A DNA stretch of 62,631 nt, filler included, from Choristocarpus tenellus KU-1152 (taxonomy: Eukaryota > Protista > Phaeophyceae), in the NCBI GenBank assembly GCA_964200185.2. It is 8 parts of 8 records of this genome, joined end to end, with 100 filler letters (N's around TTAATTAATTAA, not from the genome) between each part and the next. Parts side by side here need not be neighbours in the genome. Positions count along the whole stretch, not along the records: positions 51,626 to 59,424 come from CAXNAD020005565.1; positions 59,525 to 62,631 come from CAXNAD020022282.1; 6 more parts are not named here. One strand, written 5' to 3'. A program made the position numbers and the translations under genes. This document shows, piece after piece, positions 52,318 to 62,631 of the stretch (position 1 is its first letter; each line of letters opens with the position of its first letter). The notes under the pieces were generated by a model. The model was given only the letters and a program-made list of their open reading frames with translations. It was not told the origin of the DNA and made no database searches.

Positions 52318-55300
52318 GGTTTGACCTCATTCCCCTAAGAAACTCCCTCCAACCCAGCATTGTCAGACTGGGGGGGGGGCGGTTGATGCTCTGAAGTATT
52401 CTTTCGATGGTGTGTGGTTGAGGGTAGGGAAGGTAGAGGGCAAGCTGGTAAGGGTTAAGGGGTCTGGTTGATTGCTGGCAAGTGTGCAGGTATAGTGGTA
52501 TATTTTGCTCTACCTTTCATTGCTGTGGAGGAGAGCTTGGGTGTGTGTAGGGGAAGGGTCATGTCTGTCCTAAATATAGGGGAGAAAGGGGAGGAAAAGT
52601 TGATGTAGGGTTGTATCCAAGGAGAGTATTGTGATGGGATGTGATGGAGTGTACATGAGCCGTATTTGTTTTTCCTAAAGCAATCTCAGCTCTAAAATGC
52701 CCCCTGGCCCCCTGCCGGGAGGTTTTACCCTGTAACCGTGTAATTGATGGGGATTGGATGATTCTAGGGCAGGCGAATAGTACACTTTCAATGGAAGCTT
52801 GTCATTGAGCCCTTCATTTTCCCCCTCGGTCCCTAGTCATGGAAGCCTAGTAGCTGTGTCTTCATCCCCCTTATTTATGGGTGTCTGCACACCCACAGCC
52901 TCCCTGGCCTCCGCTGACGACTCTTAGTTCACAATGTGTGCAGCTGAGTGTTCATTTTTGTGTGTGTTCTCTTGTCAGTTCACACCTTGCAGATTCTTGC
53001 TCTATGCTGCAAGGTTTTGTGCATAGGGAATATTCTACCACCCCTCTCACCCTTCACATTCTGTGTTGCCCACTTGCTGTGCTTATTGTTTGCCAGTGAG
53101 AAGTGAAACTGAGAATCCACATGAACTGCTGATATGGGCAGTGTGTACCTATTAAAAGGGTGGGTGAGGAGGTTGCCCAGGTCCTGTATTCAATCCAGGT
53201 CTTACCTTGTCTGGGGTATGCCGCTGCACATTTTCATCTTTGCCAGGTCACTGTTTAAAATGATTCATATAGTGGAGGGAAGAGACATCGAGGGTGGGTC
53301 AAGTCATTCTGTTGGTGTTATTTCTTGTCATAGTTTGTGGTTTCAAAGTGTTCTGTTTTCAATGACCTGATTACCAGCAAGTCTCTGTGGTCACTGTCCT
53401 TTCACCCCCCTCCTCTCCCCCACTAGCCCACCCACGTGTGTTGTTAAGAGCAGAGGCTGTGCCTTGGTACATGTCAATTTGGTGAGACCTCAGGAGTAGC
53501 AAAGCAAGAAAATCTGCAAATGATCTGTGTGTACATTCCTACTATTACACTATGGCTAGGAGGATTGGGAGGGCAAGAGGAAAGGTTGATTTGGGAGAGG
53601 GGGGGGGTTGTCTTTCAGTGAACAGGTACAATGCTTGGGAGGAAGGCATTATTGTGCGTGCATGCTGTTTTGTGTCTTTCATATTATTATATTATTTTTC
53701 TACTTGAATTTGTTTTTTTGGCTGACGCCTCTCGTGTATGCCTGCCTACATTGCATGCTTGTTGTTACAGTGACGTAGTAATGAGAGAGGTTTCATATTG
53801 TCACCAGAGGTGTGCATATATGCCCCCGTTTCGAGCTTGTGTGTTGACATCGTCATATAGAGAATGTTTTATTATAGGTTTGGTTTCTTGTTATGCTTGA
53901 GGGGAGTCTGGAAATATGACTTGTTTCTTGATACGGGAGAAGTTGTAGTATAGTGTGAGTTGCATGTTTTTTGTTGGGTGGGGCAGGGTCAGGTAGGGGA
54001 ATGAGGAATGAGGAATGAGAATTGTGTGGTTGTTCTGAGGTTAACTGCAAGGTGGAGCTGGTAGTAAGCGCAGAATATCCTGCCTTAGCCACGGCAACCT
54101 TTCCTTCCAGATACAGATATATAAGAGTAAAGACCCCTGGGCATTTCTTGAGTCATAATTTGGAAAAGAGTTTGTATATTTCTTTTGCCTAGGCTGCGCA
54201 CTTGAATTTTTGACTTAAGAGTGGAAGTAAGTGAAGATGTTTCTTTTTGCTGCTTCACTTCATCGCATCTCCACTCCTGACTTGTGTTCTCATGTGCCCT
54301 CATTGAGGAAATCAAGCATCGTTGGAACACGCTGCAAAACTAAGAGTGCTCTGGCATGCAAATATTGCTGTCTACGGAAACCGCACTGCTACATTTTACT
54401 CTATATACTTCAAAGTACAAAGCAACTAAGCATAGAGCTGGCTGACTTCCTCTGAATGGGGTTAGAAAAGCAAGATTATTGATTTTGAGGTTAAATGGTC
54501 TACATTGAATGTTTAGATAGGATTTATTGTACTGTGATACACTCATTGCACTATTTACCCTAGACAAACCATGTACACTGAATGTAACACAGATGTCACT
54601 TTTTTGGAGTGTTGATAGTAGTTCCTTAGTATTCCATATGTGTAGGTTGTGTGTTGTGCTAGTTGTTTTCCGTTGGCCTTCCCCTCACAAGTTCTTCCTA
54701 TCAAAAAGTATTTTTCGTCTAGCTCTGTGAGCACTTTGTATTGAAAAATGAAACATTGTCTAGGTTGTTCTAATACTGTTTGTCTTGTGTGCTGATTCTC
54801 AAAATTGGCAAGAGAATCTCGTATGAAAGCTGTAAGATAGGACTGTGCATGTTTGTGCTGATTGTGCTGTACCATTTACTACTTCTGGATGATTTTCTTA
54901 AATGCCAAAAAAATACACTTGTCATAAGCTCGACTCTTCAGAATTGTAGATCCTTACAATATTTCGGCCCCTCTCAGATACATACTGTGTGGAACTAAGT
55001 AATTCCTGTCGGTTCGTCTATGATACCAGTACTGACTCTCTTTTGTTCACACTGTATGGAACCAATTAAACATGACCAAACCCAACTCTCTCATGTGTAC
55101 AGTATAAAACCAAGTATGTCTATCTGTCGTTTGTGTCTGTGTGTTGCCAGCACTGCCTTTAATACTCCTACGTATAGATTGGACCGCTGGAAAGCACGTA
55201 TATATGTATTACTTTTCTTTTTGTGATTTAACTTGTGGATTTTCCCAACACGCTGTCAGAGGCACTACACACTGCATTATTACTTCTCATACTAATTGCT

Positions 55301-56808
55301 ATCTGTTGCCCTACAAATAACAGTAATGCCTTCGTTCCTGTCTTACTTCTTGTGTGTTGGGTTTGGCACTTCCACCACTTGTCGCTCTGTCTCTTGAATC
55401 TTATTACTGGCCCACCTGAAAGTCCTCACCTTGATCTTGATTTGGAGTTTTTTTTGAGGTATACTGATGGAGAGGATAGTACATGTGCACAATCCGTTGT
55501 GCTTTCCATGTAGAATAGGATGATCAAAATCAGATTTGACAAAAGGAAGCCTGGTGTTGAAGGGGTTTGAACAAATCGTCACATAGGTTAGCCACTACCT
55601 TAACCATTGAGCTGCAGAGCAATACTTTGCTCATATTGCTTCAAAACTAAAAAATCCAAGTAATTCCTGTCTCTCCATCCTTCTATGTCTGTACGTTTCA
55701 ACTACCAAAATCTTGTCCTCTTGCATAGGCTTGCCGATACCGTCGCATATAATTGTTTTAAGAACCAAAAATCCTGAGAAATGTAGAAATCCTTACCAGC
55801 ACCACCTCAATATATCTGCATTGTCATCTCTCACATACATACCATACGCAACCAAGTATTTTTTGCCCATCTGTCTGTCTTGTATATGCCAGCGCTGGCT
55901 CTCTACAGAGGTAATTTTCTTAGAGTGTATTTACTATTATTATTGTTTATTATTGTCGTATTAGCTGGGGATGATCCCGACCTATGGTCAGAGGCAGTCT
56001 ACATTGTACTACTTCCCATACTACACAACTACGGCTAACACAGGAGATTTTGAGCCCAGAGTCTGTTGTTGAAACTCAGGCTCACTCCTCTCCTCCCCTC
56101 TCTGATGTGCAACCCCTGAAAGGTCCAGCCCTTTCAAGAGAGGTGTATTTATTATTCTTCACCTTAGTTTGAGGGAGTCCCAAACTTGTTGCCGAAAGAT
56201 AGTCAGAGGAAAACAGTACACAATGCTTGAGAAAATATAACTACTATATTTATAATACTAGAAACAAAGAAAGAAGTAGAAGAAGATGGAAAAAAGTAAA
56301 AGAGTTCAGTGTAGCTACGAAAATTTACCAAGAGAAACTCATTTGCAATATACCAACAACACACTATACTTCAGATAGGACGTCAATAGTGTTTTCACGC
56401 ATCACCAAGTCCTATGGGAAGAAGTAACAGGAATAATTTAATGGCATGCCCAGTCCATCCAATCCGAGAATGCAGTCCATTACATCTCACCCAAGGAATA
56501 GAGGGAGGCAATAATAATCATCCCAGCAAGAAAGAAAGATTAACGAGAAATATTTAATCAAGAAGGCATATATATATGTGCCCTGACGATCTGCTTGGAC
56601 TGCCTTAATTACCTACTACTTTAGCACGATATACATCAGCCATAATATCCAAGCTTCCTTCTTTCTGGAAAAAGTTCATTTTAGTGACTCTTTTGTTGTT
56701 GAGTGTGTATGGTGGTTTGAATTATATACCTGTCTTGTTTGGGGTGACATAATCTGTCCTGCCATACTATCATCATGGTCGTGCTATATTTTGTGTGCGT
56801 GGTAGCTC

Positions 56809-56810
<2 letters not shown>

Positions 56811-56840
<30 letters not shown>
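56811..56840. repeat. (AT)n microsatellite
   Basis: About 15 AT units. Confidence 0.9.
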
Positions 56841-56842
<2 letters not shown>

Positions 56843-57113
56843 GTGTGATATCGTCTCTGTTGCCACGATAAGGTTTTATAATAATATTTATGATCGCCTT
56901 TTCATTGTTTTTTCCCCTGACACATCTGCAAAATTTCAGAGGGCATAATAATATAATATTTACAATCATAGAAATAACACAACCAGACTCTTTGGCACTG
57001 CCTAACTTCCCAGCGTGGGATGGATTCTTTTCCCTCCAAAAGCCCAGATTATGCGCGCTATATATCCAAATGTGTTCATTGTTTCAGAGGTTTTTAATTT
57101 ATCGGGGATTTTT

Positions 57114-57373
57114 GAGCCAAAGTATCTTAGAGGGTAGGGCCGCATCCATTTGAGGGCCAAAATCCAAAGTTGCGATTTTGATGAAAAAATGGCTATCGTG
57201 TTTGTTAGGAAGTGTCAATATCCTTGTTCCGGACACACCTTTTCATAACGTACACATTTTACCTACTCCGAAACAGTTTAGAGTAGGTAAATGTCATTTG
57301 AAAAACCCATGGGAAGCCAAGCCCCAAATGGACGAACAGGGCAGAATTCGTACCCTCTAAGATACTTTCACTC
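57114..57373. mobile_element. MITE family B, full length
   Basis: gagccaaagtatcttagaggg...ccctctaagatactttcactc, with TTTT flanks. Confidence 0.88.
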
Positions 57374-57944
57374 TTTTATTGTTCTTGCTTTTGCTACCTG
57401 AACAACTAATCATTTCCAGCACAACGTGATTCTCAAATACTTCAACGAAGTTGTGAGGTTGATGTGAGCCCATGGTGCTGACCAGTTTAGATAGCCTGTC
57501 CTACTGTCCTGGGCCTCTAGCTCACGAGTTAGGTACACAAGATCTCTCCCACAAATGAATCCCCCATAATTATATAATAACATCCTTCACTTTTTGGTGG
57601 GGAGTATTCCACACATTGAGAAAATCATGTTCCAATTCATTCATGCTTCATTATTAACCAAAAAGAAACATACGTACAAATATTTGTAAGCGAAGGTTGA
57701 AGTAGTGGTGAAGATGAACAAATCATTTCTACCCAGGAATCTTGTACACAAATATGTCGTGAGTGCAACTCAATGCTGAGGAATGATGTACAAATCCGGA
57801 TTTGTCGATATAACCTTGCTGGTTACCATATACAAATGATTTGTAGATATCACTCACCATTTTTCACCATGTATTATACATGATTAATTATGTATGTGTA
57901 TTGAGAGGAGATTATTGTGTATTAGTAATCTCTCCTTACCACAT

Positions 57945-58190
57945 CTTTGCACACAAATCTTACCTTGTGATTTAATCGGAAAGAACAACCCTGTACAACT
58001 ATTCGTCATTTAACAAGAAAGAATATCTTGTAAAATCTTCTATTATGATTTATTATGAAAGAACAATTATGTACAAATCTTACTCTATTTTAATAGGAAA
58101 GAAAATCGTGTATGAATTCTATTTCGTCATTTGACACGAAAGAACAACTACGTACAAATCTTACGTTATGATTTAGTAGGAAATGACAAT
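57945..58190. repeat. Degenerate AT-rich ~40-bp minisatellite (about 6 units)
   Basis: Unit gaaagaacaa...gtacaaatctt...atgatttaa. Fainter copies extend upstream to ~57660. Confidence 0.7.
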
Positions 58191-59524
58191 GAAGGAATAT
58201 TAGGTTTCTAGTTGGTACAACGGTAATTGTATAGATATACTTCGTTCCCCTATTTCCCATCAATAGTAAAAAGATCTATCACCCCTCTTGTAAACTCAGA
58301 CATTTTGAAGCAGTAGTAGGGTGGTGGGTGATATGACGTTTGTAGAGTGTCATCTTAGTGTTCGTTAATTCTTGTATGTTAAAAGATATATCCCTGTATA
58401 TATTATTGTATGGTGACATTTTACAGATGTGCCAGGGAAAAGTCAAACGTAGATAACAAAACCCCTGTAAAAGGAACAGTTGTTGCAAATGTGAAATGTA
58501 TATCTAAAATCATTTTACTATTTAAATACCACCATACTAATACTCTCCTTTCAACGGTAGAAAACATCTATCCGTATATTTTTATTATTTTGCCCTCTAA
58601 CATTTTCAGATGTGTCACCACAAAAACAATGAAAAACCATTCAAATGTTACAACTGTCAGGGACAGGTTCCTTTTTTGGGATCTCTGACACACACATTAT
58701 TATGTGTAAGAAGTGCGGTCATATACAATTGCACGCGTAAACCACGTCATTTGAGCTCATCCATACCGACCAGTCCAATAAACCAACCATACCCACAAGA
58801 TCCGGATTTGACCAAACAGCCAAAATGGAATATCAGAACGAGGAACCATTCCGATTCTGATTGATTCATCACTTTGCTGTGTGACGTTGCTCAGTCAGTC
58901 GGGAACATCTGTTGAGTTTTTAAGTTTTTGGTCTGTACTGGATTTCCTCATCTGTTCTGAGATGTTGAGCCAAGACCTTTGAAACTCGGTCTCACCCTCT
59001 GAGGTGAAGGAGTTTCAGTCCGGTGATTGTGATTGCCCCTTGAGCAGAGAACTTGGCACCTTTGACACTTCCACACAACCCATAAAAGAGTAACAGTTGT
59101 TGTCATAAATGCGAAAGGCATTTTTCTATTGTTTTACTATCATCACCTATGCTACACCGCTGCCCTCCTTTGCCTCCAAACTAGCTTAGTCCTGCACCCC
59201 AGCGTGAGGAGGTAGGGAAGTATCCTAAGAATCTAACGAGCCCCTCCTTGCCCATCTCCCTGATGTCTCCAGCTTAAACGCATGACAAGATGGAGCTACT
59301 TGTATTGTGACAGACACTATCTGACAAACAGGATTTGACAGCCTCTTTCCTGCTGTAGCCTCCCACCCCCCCCCCCCCCCCCCCCCCCTTCCCGTGGCGC
59401 CCCCAACCCCGGCGAAAAACAACCNNNNNNNNNNNNNNNNNNNNNNNNNNNNNNNNNNNNNNNNNNNNTTAATTAATTAANNNNNNNNNNNNNNNNNNNN
59501 NNNNNNNNNNNNNNNNNNNNNNNN

Positions 59525-59552
59525 CCTCCCCCCCCCCAAGATACTTTGACCC
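59525..59552 (+). mobile_element. MITE family A right TIR at contig start
   Basis: cccccccaagatactttgaccc immediately after the gap. Confidence 0.7.
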
Positions 59553-59974
59553 ATTAAAATATATGAACTCAATATATATATATTTTCAGTGCATTGGTGT
59601 TTATTCGCGGGTTAACATGGTGTGAAATGTGAAATGTGAAATGTGTTCTTGCTGGAAGTCAATGGATGATATTGCCACACCTATGCTCTGGTGATGTCAG
59701 GTTGAGGATGTGAGGGCATCTCACTGAAAACCACACATACACAGCAGGGCATGATCACTATTGATGGATGGCTATTGATGGGTGATAACATCACGAGAGG
59801 TGTGACCTTGGAAGTCACAAACCCGACCTTTGGAATCACCCTCTACCCATCCCCCCTCTGCCCCTTCAGGGGTTCCAACACTTTCGCCTAATGGCATCCC
59901 AGCTTCCTTGGCTATGCTGCCCCAACCTTAACATCTGACTTTTCTGATGCAAAACTGTTGTGGGTATCCCACAG

Positions 59975-62631
59975 GGCTCTGAGGGTCACAATGAAGGTCC
60001 TGCTGCAGTAAACAATGACACAGACATCATGAATTACTCAGCCAACATTCATGGGTACCCAGGGAGAGCTTCAGAGAGGCAAGACTTCCCTAACAAACCA
60101 TTCTTAAAGCACAATGAGGGTGGAGAAGAGCAGGGGGGGGCAATGAAGGAGGTCAGGTCAGGTCATTCGGAGGCTCTAGGTGGAGGTGGAGGTGGGGGTG
60201 GTGGAGATGCTCAAGGTTTTTCTCCTGGAAATGCTGCCCAGGAGTTGCCGGGGCATCAACCATGGCACCCAGGGGTAAGGTGTTCTGTTGTGGTGGTGGT
60301 TCATATCTGCAGTGGTTGAATAATACAATTGAGAAAGGAGGTTAGGAGGGGGGATTCAAGTGCAGCATTATATATGATGAAGATTGTTTAATGTTTATTG
60401 ACAAGAAAAACCTTTCATTGCACTTCCTCGGTGTAAATAGCCTGCAACTTGAAGTGCAACTCTTTTCAGTCTGTTACAATATGTAGATTGAGTTTGAGGT
60501 GTGGGTCTTGGAGTTGGAAGCTAGTGCAGCGATTTGGCGGTTTTGATGAGGCCTATTGTGTGGGAGTTGTGGTGAGGTGATGACAGGCAGGCGCAGCCAG
60601 ATATCTTGAAATTCCACTCTGGTCTTCAATAGTTCAATCCATGTTCAAAAGTTGTGACCTTACCAATAACCTCAAACGTAAATCACTACGATGTTTATAA
60701 CTTTCCTCTTTGTGTGTGTGTTTTTTTTCACCATGGAAAGCAATCAACCAGTTACATGCTACGTAGGTGTCCTCTTCTTTTGTCTTGGGGGTTAGAAGTG
60801 TATCCAGCGAGTGTCTCAAAGTTAAGGTTATAGGGGGTTAGGGTTGTTTGTGTTGACAGTTGGGGTTCGAGAAAGGCGACAGTTCCGCTTACGATATATT
60901 ATTATTTTCATGGTATGATTGATGTATGTAAGAACATTCTGGTGTGCCATAGATGGAGGGGTACATGTTGCTTTCACGCTGTAAGTCTTGTCCCACAAAT
61001 GTATCAGGACTACCACGAACAGCAACAGCAGGGGCAGCAAAGACAGAACACATTTACCCCAGGTGGGGAAGGCTATCGAACCCCTGATATGTGGGCTCGT
61101 CCTGCAGCAGCCAATGAGGGAAGCGTGAATGCCACGAGGAGTGGGACAAGGGCACCTTACGGAGGTGGACAACCAGAACCTCTGGGTAATGTAGAAGAGG
61201 TGAGTGCTGATTGGCAAGAGTGTTTTGGGTGGAGAGGCAGGAGTGTTGGTGTTGGTGTAAGCTCTTTTGCCTGTGTGGAATGAGGTGTGGTTTTCGTCCT
61301 CTACTTGGATGCGTGATCACCGGCTTTTCCAAGAGAGGTGCATGTCGGCCTGGTGCCTTGAAGTAAGGTCTGGTGGAGCGGGGTCTGTGTGGGTGTGATG
61401 CAGGCATTTCCTGGGATGTATACCCTGACGATTGTGGTGTTTATTTCTGAGTCTTCCCAACTCAATCCACTCTGGGTTGGCTTGGCGCAAGCCATCAGAA
61501 TAATTAATGTAGATGTATGTAACCGTTGTGTCAACCCTAACCCTAGATGTTGTTCTTCAATCAAATCCAGATGCCTTGAGGCAAAGACCAGCTCGTCACC
61601 AATTATGTTGGGGCAGAGACAAGGAGGAATACCTTCTTATTGATTTTTTTTTTATATTTTAAACTTTTTTTCCGTTCTTGTCTGTGTCAGAGGTCCTCTG
61701 TCCCATGGGAACCGTCACAGCAGCTACCACCACATCAGCAACACCAGGTTGATGAGAACAAGGTCCCTCAGCCCATTCCCCAGGAGTCCCAATCCCTGCC
61801 ATTCATGTCTCAACGAGGAAAGGATCAACCTTCACCTTGGCAGAGTGGTGGGTCTGATGCCAGCAGTGCAAGCCACAGACACAATGAGGGCCTTGCTGGG
61901 CGAGGACCAGGTATGGGGCAGGGCATAAATGAGGCGATACAGCAACCGCCTGTGTGGGGTGTAAACCGTGGTGATACCACTGGTCAAGGTCATGTGGTCC
62001 AGTCTCCTTCAGGGTGGGGTCAGGAGCAGGAGCGACAGCTGACTGGGCAACAGGCTTCCCAAGCGCAAGGTACTGAATGGGGCAGGGAGTCTTCTTTGGG
62101 TGGAGGTCAGCCCTGGGGCTTGTCGCAGGGTCATGGACAAGGTGTGGAGGGTAGGGACCAATGGGGTGGAGAGGCAGCACCGTATCGTGGGCAATCGACC
62201 AATCAGGATCGAGGACAGGGACAGGGACAGGGACAGGGTCAAGACTTATATGGGAAAGGCCCACCGGGGCAAGGTCTGCAGGGGCAAAGAATGAGATGGA
62301 ATAACGGCGGCTGGGATCGACCTGAGGGGTCAGCTAGCGCAGGTCCAGGTCAGTATCCAGCAGGCCGCGGGATGGGGGTGGGACAGGGTACTGAGGGCTT
62401 AGGAGGTCCTGACGCCGGAGGAGTGGAAGGTAACGGGAGATCATACTGGGGCGAAGAGGGACAACCATCTGATGCTGCCCCTTATGACCGCACCTCTCCA
62501 TTCCAGCAGACTCAGGACTCCCGTCAGGGTTGGAACCGGCAAGGTCTTGGACAGGAAGAGCGTCGGAACTTGGGGGGGGGGGGGGCCCCCACTCATGGGG
62601 TCCAAGGGCGGGGGCAGGGAGCAAGGACCGG
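59975..62631 (+). CDS. Gly/Gln-rich disordered protein with repeated GW/WG motifs, partial, spliced
   Basis: Phase-0 exons 59975-60274, 61008-61199 and 61691 to the window end. The last is open for more than 310 codons and is absent from the ORF track because it has no stop. It contains VWG, GWG, EWG, PWG, QWG, GWD, YWG and GWN. Confidence 0.7.

Noticed and set aside
57178-57360. Similar short ORFs at 973-1200 and 57178-57360, and recurring 'KLTPNGQ' peptides
   Set aside because: Chance translations of MITE copies, not a protein family.

Overview
This is eukaryotic, intron-rich DNA, not prokaryotic. It is a concatenation of 8 unrelated contigs joined by artificial 100-bp N linkers carrying TTAATTAATTAA. 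Bipartite plastid-targeting presequences, GT-AG introns and scattered TTAGGG tracts point to a photosynthetic stramenopile, probably brown-algal-like (inference). Most of the ORF track is spurious because the real genes are spliced. Genes reconstructed by eye: a partial 7TM-RGS (1.8-6.7 kb), an FG-repeat nucleoporin-like protein with a 34-aa tandem repeat, a small single-TM protein head-to-head with a Tctex-1/DYNLT dynein light chain, a DBF4-like DDK regulatory subunit, a Tat-pathway thylakoid lumen protein, a sulfotransferase-like gene, tRNA-Cys(GCA), a putatively plastid-targeted mTERF-ankyrin fusion, a His/Gln-rich protein and a Gly/Gln-rich protein with repeated GW/WG motifs. Non-coding DNA holds two related MITE families (13 copies, shared AAAGTATCT termini, 3-4 bp TSDs), decayed transposase relics, minisatellites and clustered interstitial telomeric repeats. 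No CRISPR array, rRNA or intact autonomous transposon was seen. The best leads are the mTERF-ankyrin fusion, the GW/WG candidate Argonaute-hook protein, the 7TM-RGS and the MITE pair.
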